Source of the DNA: Amoebophrya sp. A120 | Taxonomy: Eukaryota > Protista > Dinoflagellata | Reading direction: 5' to 3' | Assembly: GCA_905178155.1 (NCBI GenBank) | Contig: CAJINV010000004.1 | Coordinates: 11,205,655-11,269,654, forward strand | Length of the DNA stretch: 64,000 nt | In this document: in pieces, positions 25,110 through 38,864 of the stretch | How positions within the stretch are numbered: position 1 is the first letter of the stretch | Layout: each line of letters begins with the position of its first letter | The notes under the pieces: model-generated | Database searches by the model: none | The model's input: only the letters and a program-made list of their open reading frames with translations | Told to the model about the DNA's origin: nothing | Position numbers and translations under genes: made by a program

Positions 25110-28100
25110 TCAGTTTTGGCTTGCTTTTCGCACTGCTTCCATGTTGACAAGCTCCACAAACGAGCGAGCCAACACATACAAGAGAAGCTGCGTCTTTCTC
25201 TTTGCAGCTGTTGCCTCTGTAGCTGTAGATACAACGAGGACAACATGCGGCTGAGGAGTATAAAAAAAGGTCAATTTGTGCACAAGACCTCTCATACAGT
25301 TCTGGTACTGTGCCTCGGCTGCAGACCAGGAGTACAATTTTTGCTCGGCGGGTATTGCCGGAAATGGATCAGACGTCACAAAGCTACTTTCCGCTCCTTC
25401 ACCTGCCTGTAGTTCTCTCTGTGTGCGCCGTGGACGGGGTAAGAAAGCCTCATCCCAGAGAACCACCTCCGAAGTAGACGTAGAACGACTACTGCAACCG
25501 GAGAAGGCAGGTGCGAGCACCTCAAAATTCACCAGCAGCTGGTAAACCAAAACCGAGACGCTCAGGTCAATCACGAGCCAGCTACAGTCCGCGAGGTGCT
25601 CGGAGAAAAGGGTGAGAAGAGTAGCAGCAGCAGCTAGAGGTGAAGCTTCATTAGTTTTCCTATTCGGACGAGAAGAAGAGCCTGTATCAAAAACATCATC
25701 TCCAATACGCTTTTGATTTCTGTCGTGTACAAAGCTAGTACGACTAGCACAAAGAGTCTTTCTTGGTTCCATCAAGTGGGGCGCGGGTAAAAACTGTGGT
25801 ACTGCTACCGGTACAGCAGGTACTGTGGCAGGATTATAAGGCGCAGCTGGTGGAGACGTGGGAGCGTTGTGCTCACGACGATGGCAGTTTTCGTGGTTGT
25901 TGACTTCTTCACCACCGTTCTCGTTTAGTTTTCTCGGTAGTTCATCTTCGACTACTTCTCCTAACAGCACAAGCGCGGGCAGGGGCGCGGGGCAGGACAA
26001 GGATCTTTTTGGGCACGTAATTATTTCCTCTGACGGCGATAAGGCTGCTTCATCTTCGTCCGGAAGATTATGATTTTCGCCGACGAGGAGGTGGCGGCCT
26101 TCGCCGTTCTTCGCATGATCTTTGTTCTGTTCTTTGATGGTATTATCAACTGTAAAAATGTCTGGGTCTGGAAGATTCTGACAGTTGTCATGCACGTTTG
26201 GCATGAGCCCTGATGTCTGTGATGCGTGCCCTAGCATCACAGATTTTCTGAGAGCTTCTTGATGCCTATTCCGCATGACAAATGCCCTCTCAACGTAGCA
26301 AAAATTAAACTCCTTTTGGTACTCATGCAATACAGATTTTTCTGGAATCCAGATGCAGCATCACAAGTTGCATTCTTCCAGACCCAGACATTTTTACATT
26401 TGATAGGTATCAGATGTGAAGAAATCTTCACGCGTGATTCTTCCTCTGCAAAAGTTCGTCCCCTTGGCGTCCGCCACGACCGCGTCCGCCGCCGCGGCAA
26501 AGGACGAAACTTCAGGCGTTCTTGTTTCGCCAGGTGCATTCTCTTGTTCAACTTCATCTCTCCTCGGCGCGTCACGAAGCACCGCACTGCACCCCACGGG
26601 GAACCACCAGAGCAGCGGCACGAACAGAAACGGCCCGACGAACCGGTTCAGAAGCAAAAGAACAGCGTCCGCGTTGAAGGGCAGAGCGAGGAGGAGGGTG
26701 AAAACAACGCAGACACAGCGGAGCACCGTAGTCAGCACGCGGCCCGGAGCATGTTCTTGTTGAGCCGCAGTGGAGGTCTTCAAGCGTTCGACATCTTCTA
26801 CGGGATTTGTGAGAAAAGCGAGGAAATTTGCGAACTGGCTTTCATCCCCCGTGCCATTAAACACAGTCGTGCTGGGGAAGATGAATGGGATCTCAGTAGA
26901 AGTTCTAGGGCAACGACGAGGACCAGCAGAGTTGTCGTCATTCACTTCTAACCCCGGACTGGGTCGTCCCCCGGAGAACGTCCTGGAGCGGTCGTTCCGG
27001 TGGAGACTTCCGTCGGACAGAAACCGCCTTTCCAGCACGATGGGCGAGGCGTCGTTGAAGTCGCTGCCGTATAACGACTGGTTCGTGGGCCTCGCCTCAT
27101 CGTCCGTTTCTTGCATCTCGTCGTCAGAAGTAGAATCGCTACTTACTTGATGTAGTTCTTGTCCAGCCGCGCTGTCGTCGTGTAGAAGTTCTTCTTGTCC
27201 AGCATTGATTTCCTCGTCGTCCGTCAGCAGCACATCGTCGCTCGCTTCCCGCGTCAGATTGCTGCGAGGAGGACCTCCGCCGGGGCCACGAGAATGATCT
27301 TCGCCCCCGCGTGGGGCCGCGTGGACCCGCAGTCGCAGGCGTCTCTGTCCTCCTCGCCGACCGTTTGCGGATCTTCTTCGCCGCGCGTTTCCGCTCGCTC
27401 GTTCCCGCCGATTGATGTTCTGTGCAAGGGAGGTCGTCGCCATCGACGCCCTTCCGACTCCTTGTTGCTGCCTCTTGTCACCGTGGTGAAGAGTATTTGC
27501 AGATTTTTTACAACATCTTCGGGACGACCAAGACGACAGGCAGGTGCTTTTCCACCTGTACACGCCCACTGCTTCAAACACACCGTGCACACCGAGCGAG
27601 AGGCGACTACTCCAGCTGGTCAGCAGTGCGATGTAGCTCACGGCGAAGCTCACACTGAGGAAGAGGGCGAGACAAAGTGTAAACAAGTGCAGGTGATATT
27701 CGACGTCCAAGTTGGAAGACTTTTCCGCACTAATTGTGTCGACGCTCGATGAGGGAGCGGCACGAAGATCATCCGACACTCGCCCTCCGCCATCGACGAA
27801 GGGCATGCTGTAGTCGGTTGAAGTAGATGTTGACCACAAACTCGCCAACCACTCGCGATCCACCTCGAAAAACAAGGCCCGCAGTGTCGCCAAAACGCCC
27901 CCCTTATTGCGCAGGAAATACCTGCCCCGCGGACTGCGCAGAATGAGCCAGGAGAGGCTGCAGGCTGCGAGGAGGCAGATGCGGAGCAGAGAACTGATTT
28001 TCAGCGGTAAGAGGAAAAAGTCGCAGCACCTCTTTCTTGTTGACTTGGACAAAGTGATATGAGCGTCATCGTCGCTGACATGTTGAGTAGAGTACAGCTC

Positions 28101-31100
28101 CTCTTGCTCGCCGTGTCCATAATTTTTCTTCTTCACGGATGCCTCTGTCGCGCTAGTTGCTCCAACGTGTAGTTCGTGATTCAACCCAGCTCGGACCTTC
28201 GTCTTATCTCCTGAAAATACGACAAAATCTTGCACGTGGAGCAGCCAATAGGAGAATCCGATCACGAAGAGCCCAAAATACTCGCAGAGCGCGCATCCGC
28301 CCTGTGAAATGTGCTGAAAAACGGAGCGCCCGTCTTCGGGATTGGAACCCGAGGCGTTGTCGTAGACAAGCTGCCGGTAGGCCAAAATCGCTTCTGGGAG
28401 TTTAAAGTCTACGTGTCCACGAGAAGATGATGAAATTTGCAGCTGCGGTGTGCCCCCAGAATGGTGTTGAAAAGTTGCAGTGTCCCCGAAGGATATCATT
28501 GACGAGAGCCGTGGAGGTTGCAGTGGTGTGGCGTTGTTGATGTCACCAACATCCGTCGTCCTGTGCACGGGAGTGGGAAGGAACTCGCTGCCTTCGTCAG
28601 TTGCTTGCTTGCCCATGATCGGTGGAAAGAGCGCACTAGCGAGATCTGGGCCTGGTTGTACTTCTACGAGTGTAGCTGTGGCGTCGACATCCGGATGAGC
28701 TTCAGCTGTCGTGGAACAGGTACGACATCTACGAGGTCTAGTTTTAATGCTGTGCAGCGGATTCGCGAGGTAGTAGGTGTGGGTGCGCAATTGCTCGACT
28801 CCTTCGTGCTGTTCTTGATCATTTTGACTATATCTCAACATCGCGGTAGAAGAAATGAAGTACCACCGCGCATTGCCTGTGATGACTGTGGTTGCTAGGA
28901 GCAGTCCGGCACAGGCTCCGATCCTCGCGCAGCGTCGGGCCGCCGTTCTTGGGGATGTCGCAATACAGCAGACGAGAAAGCAAAGAAGCACAGCTTCCGC
29001 GACCAGGGCGGGCAGAACAGGTGCAGCCAAGTCCGGGCTGTGAACGAACTCGCGCACAAGTCCCACCGAATCAACATCCCCATCCGGCTGGGGCACAGGC
29101 ACTGCTCTGGACGGCCAGGAGGTCCCACTGCTTGCACTTGGCCGTATCGACGACATCGCGGAAACTTCTTCTACAGGTGCTGCTGCAAGAGCCGACCGTG
29201 AAGAAAACGAAAGCGCAAGGGCACTTTGTGCGTTGTCGTCCGCCGTTTTGTTTTCATCTTGAGGTTGCACAGATGGAGGAATGCCTGATTGCCAGGAGCC
29301 GCCACCACCTGCAGCTGGCGGTTTTCTCCGAGCTCCCCGTCTAGTGGATGCCCCTGTAGTTCCCCCCGTTGCAGCTGTACTGGCCGCGGGTACAGCCGCA
29401 CCGAGCACATCCCGTGGGAATTCCCGCCGGCTTGCTCCAGAGACCGCTAGCAGATGCCCCCGGTCCGGGCTCGGGCTTCGCATTCGGCTGCCCCCCTGCG
29501 AAGCCGCCCGCCCGCGGCGCTGCTGCTCGAACACGCTGGGTCTCCGCAAATCGAGCAGATCTTGACCGGGTGAACCGTCAAGAAGCGCTGAGGGCGCAGA
29601 GGCGGTGTAGTTGAAAGAGGAACAAGAAGTGGAGTGTGCTGGTACTTCGGTTCTTGTAGCACTGTCGCTACTCACTGCTGTTCCAACCGCAGCGTTTGCA
29701 AATTCCTCAGTCACGACCGACGTTAAAGCAGCACACGACGAGGTGGACCACCCGTGTTCAGCATCCTCATCTCGCGGGGGCTCCTCGTCGTTGGTCGATG
29801 ATAGAAGGCCAGCGTGTTCAAGAGCTACATTGTTGCCCATGCTTGCTCTTGATGCAGCACCACCTGATGCGGCAGGCGGCCCAGCTGAAGAATTTTGTTT
29901 CCCGCCGGGACGCCTATGCAATTGTTGCGTCGACCCAGAGGACCTGCGCCGTGTTAGAGGTACTAGATGCAGATCTTCGATGCTGCAGTCTGCCGGCCGT
30001 GGTGCGGAAGTGGAGACGGGGATGGATGGCGCAGCACAGCTGGTCGTAGCGTTCTTGTTCTTTATTCCGGAAGGGGAACATCCTCCTTCTAGTTCAACAG
30101 AAGACCACGCCGTCTGCAACTCGCCCTCCTGCTGCGGGTTTTGATGTGCGGCTCCTGCAAGAACCTCGACCTGGATAATGGCGGTCGTATTTTCTGCGGG
30201 CGCAAGAATATTAGTGGATTCTGTGGTCGTCTTCGTCCTTGTCAGCACATCAGAAGATATCGTACTGGTTTTCGCACTTTTGCTCCTCGAGGAATATACA
30301 ACATCCTCCGACGCCGGCTGCGTTGCTGAGGGGGCAAAGGTTGAGTTCGTTATCTTTGTCGTGCTGGCTCCTACAGGCACGGAGTCATCAACTCCGACAG
30401 CGCTTTTTCCCGCCGATGAAGCGTGAAGATGAGACTTGGCTGCGAAGCCGCGAGCAGAGACGAATTGTACTTCCTCTTGCGCGGCCGGTGCTTCCTCTTC
30501 AACGCCTGCTTCGATTTTAAGCCTTTCCTCCCTCTCCTCCGCGTAGGCAATGGACATGCGCGGACGCACGACACGATGCATGCCACGGCGTTTCGGTTTG
30601 TGGTGCATGTGCTGCGACGAGGCGGGTAGTGATAAACCTCCGTTGCTTGTCCCTCCTGCCAGAGCGCTTGCCCGGGCGGAACCGGAAGACAGCTGCAGTG
30701 CGTCTTCGACGAAGATTCGCGTTTCTGCCACGGTGGGCAGCTTGTAGGTTTGCACCTTGTGCAACACCCTTCGGCAGGCGGACCGCACAACCGGAATGTC
30801 GTGCAAAAGGTGTACACTTTGCGCGAACAAGTTGAGCAAACAGGCACCGGTGAACAGCATGGTTGCGTGGTACAAAACGTCAAAAAGGATCACGACCGCC
30901 ACATTCAGGAGGAGTGCAGAGAGATTGGTTGTTCTTCTTGTTCCAGGTCGACGATCATTTTCCCCTTTGTCGTCCAACCCGTATTCGTTTTTGTTTCTAT
31001 CAGTGCTGCAAGATGAAGTCCGTTGATCCTGAGTCGTCCTAAACATGTTCTTCGCTGGATGTTCGTTTCTTTCTGTGTGGCTGTAGCGAAAGCTGTCAGG

Positions 31101-33164
31101 AGGCACATCGCGTCCTGCTTCTGTGCAGGGGAGGCGTGGTAAAATAAACGGGACATTATGCAACTGCGCGGATTGGGATTGGGAACCATGATCGTAAGCG
31201 CCGCCGTTATGTCCTTCCTCATCTTCGTCGACTCTTGCGTCTATTCTCGTTTGCAAAACGAATGCGGATTGTCCATTTGTGCAACTAAAATTATCGGTAT
31301 TGCCATGTTGCACAGGTGGATCATCGAAGTTCAGCAGCGTCGACTCTTCGCCTTGCGCAGCTTCATCTCCATCCTCAAAAACAAGGTCGAAAAGCGGATT
31401 TTCAATTTCAGTTTCCACCTCCGCATGGATTGTTCCATGGCCGTTCCTCTGGTCGAGGTCATTAAGGACAAAGTTGGGAACTGCGAATCTTCCCGAACAC
31501 CTCCTACGAGGAACTGCAACTCCGCCAGCTCCTCGTGCTGTCACTACCATCTCCTGGCCTGTCAGTGCTGTTTCATCAACAACATTTACTATTCCGTCGA
31601 GGGTTCCTCTAGTACTACTTCCTCCATTCTCGGTTCGCAAACACTTTTGGAAGCACACTCGTGCGAGGTCGGGTAGTGTCGCCACCTCGTGTCCGCGGTG
31701 AAGCGTCGCAAGCTCGTACGACCGCGCGAGCGCGGTCCCGGCGACGTGCGCGCACAGCCCGACGGTGGCGAAACCAAAAACCAGGACGTAGGGCACGGGG
31801 CAGACAAATGCCGCGGCGGGGAGCGTCACGATTGGGATTCCAATGCCGAGAAACGTAAGGCCGGCACAAGTTGAGAAGCAGGATGGCGGAGGTGTTGTAC
31901 TGTTAAAGTCCTGTGGAGGATTCGACCCGCTCATCTGATATGCGGCCATTGATGTCGCTCTTGCGCCCGACAGTAGCTGATCCGCAGATTGAAGCACTAG
32001 TGTGCTGTGTTGAGTCTGTAGTTTACTAGAACTCCCAGCAACGCCCATAGGGTCCGCAATAATCTTCCTGGGAGATGCTAGTGGCGAGATGAAGCCAGTA
32101 GCTCGTGCAGTGTCCGCGGGAAAAACAAGGCCTGGCAAATTTCCTGTTGATATCAAGTCGTCAGAGCGCTGCAGCGAGTGTAGTTCATCAGTAGTAGTTA
32201 TAGTTTGCGGTTGCTTTATTTTTCCCAACCGCTCGGAGGCCGCACCAGCGCCATCGTGTTCTTGAAAGATCTCGTTCACGGTCGGTCTACTAGAGCAAAA
32301 TTTGTTCCCGCTATACAAGCCCGAAAAGGTCCAGTCGTTCGGACTCGGGGCCGCCGCACCTTCAGCCGGACCACCGGGTTGAAAGGCGGACAAGACCGTC
32401 TGCCGTGTGAAACGCCGCGTGAGTGAGTCGTTGTTCGCGTTCAGATTGCCCAGAGTGGCCATTGAAGTTCTCGTCTCCCGAACCCTAAACCCCAAAGAGC
32501 CCGGATCTACAACTCCGGGGTCCGCCCCCACCGAGCACCGACTAAAGGTTCCCAGGGAGGATGAACCTGCGACGCCAGTGGAGCGGCCCTCTAGCGGACG
32601 CGGGCTCTGCGCTGGGCCGGGGGTCATCATCTGTTGCTGCTGGGCTTGGTGATCCAACAGGTTCGCGCGAGATGAAAAAGTCGAACTACTGGAACTGCTC
32701 GAGCTGCGGACGGTGTAGTTGATACCAGTGCCAAAAGCGGCATCGTATTGATCGGCAATTGCCGATGCGGTGCTCGGGTGTCGCCGCAAAAGTCGATGCT
32801 GTTCTCCACCTCCACTCGCCGTTTGTGCAAGGGCCACGGCGTGCTGCCCGTGCGTAATTGTTGTGTTTCCGGTAGTTGCAGTAGAAATTCTTGTGCCCCC
32901 GGTGGTCCTCGCGGCATGAGGTGGCACCGAAGCAGCTCCGGACGGGGGAGGTGTGGCAGTCGAAGGAGGAAAAAACACAACTCCGGCTGCCCCGGTAGAC
33001 GCGTGATTGCCACCTTCGTTTCCAACCCCCACCGCCTGCGGGCTCGCGCCCCCGGCGGTAGACGTGTCCTCGGAGTTAAGAGAATCGCCGCCGCCTGACC
33101 ACACGCGGTTGCGGGGAACCGAACTCTCCTTCGGCAGCGCCTCGCGAAGGGCGGACGTGAGCAT
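25110..33164 (-). CDS. Very large multi-pass membrane protein, divergent amino-acid permease-like, with long low-complexity insertions
   Basis: 2258-aa ORF joined to ORF 25110-26330 by removing the element at 26144-26405 (SDTIKEQNK); dispersed hydrophobic helices; GIGIPIVTLPAAAF...ATLPDLARVCF resembles the AAAP/Aa_trans N-terminus (family call tentative). Confidence 0.65.
26144..26405. mobile_element. Introner-like TIR element, family A (262 bp), TSD ggtat
   Basis: Family A TIR; frame restored on excision. Confidence 0.93.
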
Positions 33165-33765
33165 AGTCACGTTCCTGACCTGCTTGACCCTGCGCTGCGA
33201 AAGCCTGCTCTATTCGGCACAGGTGGTGGAAAGCTACAACGCAGTTAATCGAGTTTCAAAAAGTACGCTCCTGCAGTAGCGGCGTCGGTGTGTCAAGGTC
33301 AACAGATTCTCCTGGGCCTGCTTAGTCCTGCTTGTGTGAAAGAAAAACGTCAAGAAAAACAACGAAGCAGCAATAGCAAACAGTTTTACGAACACGAAAA
33401 GCTACCACTACATGAATTCTCTATTAGCACGTCCCACATCTTGAAAAGCAGATGTGCAGAGAGGTGACCCTTCTTGCTTTCGTTCTGTTTGCGGTGTTGA
33501 GTGACACCCACGACAGACACCAGTGATGCATGCATTAAAAACGCCTGTTTTCTGCTTCACCAGTCACCTGGTTCAACAAGTTCTGACTTTATCATTGTCA
33601 TTCGCTGTGTAAACAAGTGGTCATTAGTTTTGCTTGTGGTTCTTGTTCAGCCATGTCCGACTGGTGAACGAATAAACCAGTGATGAGCTGCAAGACCGGC
33701 TCTAGCGCACAAGAACCTTTACTACCTAGTTCTCCATCTTCTTCCAAATGTCGTGAATTAGCGCC

Positions 33766-36700
33766 TTACTCGCCATTCACCCTGACCACCCGCTGCGCGC
33801 GCATGATTTCGAAGGGAAAATTTACGCGTCGCAACCGCGTCCCCGCAAAGATTGTCCCGGCGGTTGCGTCTTCCACCGCCCAGTCGCTACCCTTCCAGGG
33901 AAGGTTTTCCTGCAGCAAAAACCGGACGACTTTGTTCGTTGTCAAATACCCGCTGGCTTCCGGGTACGGCGGGTAGACGGGCAGCCCGCCCATGTCCTGG
34001 ACGTATCGGCAGTTCTCCCAGTGCCGCTGGTGCAGGTTCACCTCCTCTTCCAAGCTACCGCAGAACACCCGGTTCCCGAACAGAATCCTCCCGAACAGAA
34101 AGGGCAGCCGGGCGCGCTCCTCCTGGGCGCGCACGTCCGACACATAAGAGACCTTGTCCCGGAGCCGGTAGTGCACCAGGTGGATCCGCGCGTGGCTCTG
34201 GGCGGACACGGACAGGGTGCCGGAGGGATTCTGGTTTTCATTCTCCAATCTCTGCTTCGTCTGGGCGAGGGTCTTTAATATTCTTGTTTGATGTAGTTCT
34301 TCTTCTTCTTCCCGCCGCTGTTGCTGTTGCACATCCTCTTCGCCTTGTGCTGCTGCTGAGCCCGATGCAGCTTCCCCTTCATCCATTTCCGGTCGATTGA
34401 AGTCCTCCCATACCTCCGGCCACCACGGGTTCTGTTGCACGTCTTCGTCGCTCAGAAGTGGTGTAGTTCTTCCCCCTCCTCGTGTAGTTGTGGTTTCGTC
34501 GTTGTCATTTCCGATTTCCAAGATTTGTCTTCTTTGCTGGGTGAGCTCGCCCTCCCAGAACTGCTCCAGCTCGTCGTTCATCTTTCCGTCGACCACCAGG
34601 GACCCGATGTTGTTCCGGCGCGCCTCCAGCTTCGGCGGCAGCGCCAGCACGCGCTCACAGTGGCTGTAGGTGAAGCAGTGGCTGTTGCCGGTGGCGGTTT
34701 CCGGCTCGCCCCACTCGAACCAGCGGCAGTGCGGGTTGCGCTGGCACATGGTGGAGCACTGGAGGAAGGTGGAGTTCCAGTGCTGCGCGAACGTGCGGAA
34801 TCGGTCGATCACCTCGTCCGGCTGGTAGTCGCAGATATCAAATGCAGAAGTGTCTGGGTCTGGAAGAGTCTTGCTGTTTTTGCATGACACAGAAGGTCTG
34901 GCATGAAAGCTCTAGCATCACAGGTTTCGAGAAGCTTCCGCAATGCCGAATCCGCATGACAAATCCACCCCCATTTTGGTGACAGAAAGTGGGCAGCTTT
35001 TGCTACCTATGCATGAGAGATTTTTCTCTGTTCTGAAATGCGCATCACAAGCCTGTATTCTTCCAGACCACCCAGACATATTTGCAATCCATAGCAGAAG
35101 TGGTCCGACAAAATCTCCCACTCCTGCCCGGTTTCGATGGTGGGCAGGTAGTTCAGGATTTGCTGGATCTCCATCGCGTTGTCCACGTCGGCGCGGATGA
35201 AGTACTTCGTGTTGGGGTGCAGCTCCAACGCCTTCCGGTACGCCGCCGTCATCTTCTCGACCAGAAACCGGTACCCGTGCGGCACGTCGACCACCAGCAA
35301 GTCCCGGCTCGTGTCCTCTTCGTTGCGGTCCGGGTCGTCCCGGCAGAGGATGAAGTAGTGCAGCTTCGTGGCGATTCGGGTCTTCCGCATCACGAACGTA
35401 GGCCTGGATTCCAGCAGTGTCGGCCCGGTGGACGCGTCGGTGACCGGGAAGGGGAGCTGGTTCAGCACGGAATCCGCTACGGTCAGCGACGGCGCGCCGC
35501 TGTGGCCGTACCGCTTCAGCAGCCGCTCCGTGCGCTGCAGGCGGTACAGTGCGGCGTCGTTCTCGCGCATCAAGTGCGCGACTTCCCGCGCGGTGCCGTT
35601 CTGGAAAACCTGCTCGGTGCGCGGGACGAGCTTCGGGCCCGCCACGTCCAGGACGTGCTGGACGTCCGTGAAGTACAGCGTCCGCCTCAAATACGTGCTC
35701 CGCGCCACCTGCATCAGCTCCCGCTGCCTGGCGCACACGGGAATCATGATCAGAATGTCCAGCTCGTCGTCCAGCAGGAAGTCCAAAGGGTTCTGATACA
35801 GCGTGACCGTGTTCGCGCCAGCGCTGGCCGGAGGTGCTGGTCTGTTTTTAGGCCTTCCAGGTGCAGAAGATGAAGCTGGTGCTCCTGGAGCTGACAGCAC
35901 ATCCTCTTTGAACTGGAAAATCGTCTGCTCGGGCGCAGCAAGGGCAGGAAGATGGCCGAAAGTGTCAACTGCTACGGTAGAACTAGAAGCAGAAGCTCCT
36001 GATACACCGTTAGAACCGGCACTAGTGCTCGACGGCGGCGCAGGCGCAGCTCCGGATAGAAAATCTTGTTCGACATGATGCTCTACTTGGCCGTAGTGTG
36101 GGTTGAACATGGTATCCCGGATGGCCTGCTGGCCACTGTCGTAAAACCAGTTCATCAAGGAACACTCCCTTGCCCGGTCCTCCTGATTTGTCGACTGGTG
36201 GTGCACGCCGACGGTGACGCCCACGAGGTAGCTCATTCCCGCCCGGCACTCCGCGACGCTGTTCCCGTTGCGTACCCACCCGCTGCTGCAGTCCACGCGC
36301 GTGGCGGAGCAGCCGGGCAGCCGATCCAATTCGTCGTCCTTCGTCCGCAAACGCTTCGCCGCGTCGCTCCACGGCAGTAACGCGGTGGTGAACCAGGGCG
36401 CGCGGGTCCGCACCAACAGCTGCTTGTGCCTCGCGTTTCCCCGCTCGTACCGTTCCTCTTCCGGAAAGAAGGGGAGCACGGTCCGCGTTTCCTGGAAAAT
36501 CTCCCCGAGCAGCTCCTGTCCCGCCTCGCCCTGCAACTGCGCTTGGCCCCCAAACTGCTGGAGAAGTTTCTCCTTTCGAACGAACTGATCGTCCGACCTC
36601 TTCGGGTCCCAGAGCGCAATGGAGAGCGGTGTGTGGAGCCGGGGGTTCAGCGGAGTTGTTCCAGATGACCACGTTGAGGAAGTTTGTACTTCTTCATCCG

Positions 36701-38864
36701 AAGATGTTGCGTCTACTTGGTTCGCGGTCCTTTGTTGGTCGTCGTGTCCACCAAATACGAACGGCGCCTCTTGTCGCGAAGCAGGAGCTGCTGCCACTCC
36801 CGTCCGTGCCACCAGCGGAAAGTGTTTCAACGCTAACGTCAGCAACTTCCGCCAGTAGCAGTCCACCGCGGCAGTTGTCAGCCTGGTTTTCGCGAGGAAC
36901 CGGGCCTCGTCCGCGATCGCGGCGTATACCGCCTTCGGGGAGCTGTGCATCGCGGCGTCCAGGGAGTGGAACAACGGGTCAACGTAGACGTAATGCACGT
37001 CGGGGAGCAGCAAGGGGTAGAACCACTGGTGCAAGACCGGCGCGGCCGTGAGAATGACCGAATTGCAGAACAGCCGGTACTTCAGCGACAGCGGCATCGA
37101 GACCCCGGGTATGTTCGCGAGGAACTGGTACCTGCACCAGTCCGCCACCTTTACGCACTGTCCGCTCGGCACCGATTGGTTCCCGGAATTTTTCTTCTCC
37201 TTCACCTGGTACTGCGGGACACGCTTCCCGTGCCGCTTCGCTTTGCTGTCCGGCAGCATGGGGTCGGCGAAAACCTGCGTCAACGCGTGATTCATCAGTT
37301 GCAACTGTTCCGAAAACGAGCCTTCGTTCCGTCGCTTGAACGGGTCGTCCGTGACGTCGGTGTCTTGCAGGCCAAAAAGATTGTTTGTTGTCCTCGTTTG
37401 CTCGTCGGCGGCGCGGAGCTGCTGCAGCGTGGCGTCCGAAAGGAATTCATCTTCCGCGCCGGGAGAAGAGGAGGAAGAACTACTTCCTGACGAGGTCGTC
37501 TTGCCGTGACCTATTGGCCGCTTCCACTGCATCCATTCTATGTCGATTTTGCCCTCGAGTTCCGGGTGGTGGGTCTCCAATTCAGTCCTTATTCGGTGGA
37601 TGTTCTTCACGACCTCGCGCCTGAGCGGGCTGGTATCCGCGCCCCGCCAAAAGACCGCGTCGATTTTGTCCGCGAAGCTGTGTGCATCTCCGACCTGCAG
37701 CAAGTCCCGGGTAACCGTGTCCCAGCCGTGCGAGCCGCGCAAATCCGCTTCGGGACATTCCGCCTCGGGCCAGCTGTGAAAAGAGAAATCCGGATACAGA
37801 ATCCCAGCTCCGTCCGGAAACCGCTTCGCCAACAGAAGAGTCAAACCCGCGGAGCCCCGGTGGCATTCCGCCTCGTCGATCGCCTGCTGTGGATGTTGAC
37901 TGGTATTCTCGGCGTCCCGTCCAGACGAGGCGAGATTCTCTCCATCTGGGTAGTAATTTGCACTGTCCGCCTTGCACCTGGGCGTATTTAACCCGTCTGA
38001 GGTGTCGATGACAAGTTCGAGGTCGTAGTTTCTACCTCTTGCAGCTGCCCGCTCAACAGGTCTGCTGCTCGCATCGAGAGATGAAACTTCATCGACACCA
38101 TCGCTCGGCAGGTTTCTCTCTTCCACGGGTCCCGCGTCTACTTCGATATTTTGCCAGTACTTCTCGACGACGCGCTGGATTAGGGTCCACGTTATCTGGT
38201 GCCGTGACTGAAACGAGCCTTTCGACTCAATCAAGTGCACCACGCCATCGACGATGCGAATGATGAAGCACTGCTCCCGACAAAAATCGCGGCTCGTTTG
38301 CAGGTTGTGCGGCTGCAGCCGGTCCGAAAGATCTTCGGGTTTGGACAATGTTGTCGCTCGTTCTTGATCATTTTTTGAGGTCGTAGTTCCACTGCTGCTG
38401 CTTGTAGCTCCGCTAAAAGTTTCCTCTTTTGCAAACAGCTGCCTGAAATCCTGCTCGGCCTGCTGGTAGATGGACGTCGGGCCCAAAGTCTCCAGTACTT
38501 CGCACACATCGCCCAGGGCGTAGGCTGTCGGTGTGCGCTTCAGCGCGTCGCTTTCTGGCGCCTTGTCGATCTGCCGGCACGAAGGCACCAGCACGCAAAG
38601 CGGGCCTTGCTGACCCGAAGCCTGTCTTTTGTCTCTGTAGAACAGCAGCACCCCGGAGGAGTGCCCTTTCCCTGCAAAGTAGTTAGCGCAGTCCTTCGGG
38701 GTATATCTTGGAATCACGGCGTTCAGATCCACGTTCGCGCAAGTACGGGAATCATGCTCGCTCCACAAAAGCGAGAGCTGCACCGCGAGGGCAGTGGAGA
38801 AAAGATTTGCAACAAGCAGTGCTGTAGGGACGAAAGCCCTTCGGTGAACAACATCAGGCGACAT
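33766..38864 (-). CDS. Secretory-pathway glycosyltransferase fusion: GT90 (CAP10-like) + GT31 (galactosyltransferase-like)
   Basis: Signal/anchor; YPDFSFHSWPE, AVFWRGA, CRYQFLANIPG..LSLKYRLFCNS, WFYPLLLPDVHYV (GT90); DLLVVDVPHGYRFLVEKM, KYFIRADVD, YPPYPEASGY, VEDATAG (GT31); one element. Confidence 0.85.
34836..35093. mobile_element. Introner-like TIR element, family A (258 bp), TSD gcaga
   Basis: Family A TIR; excision gives DHFCDYQPDE. Confidence 0.95.
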
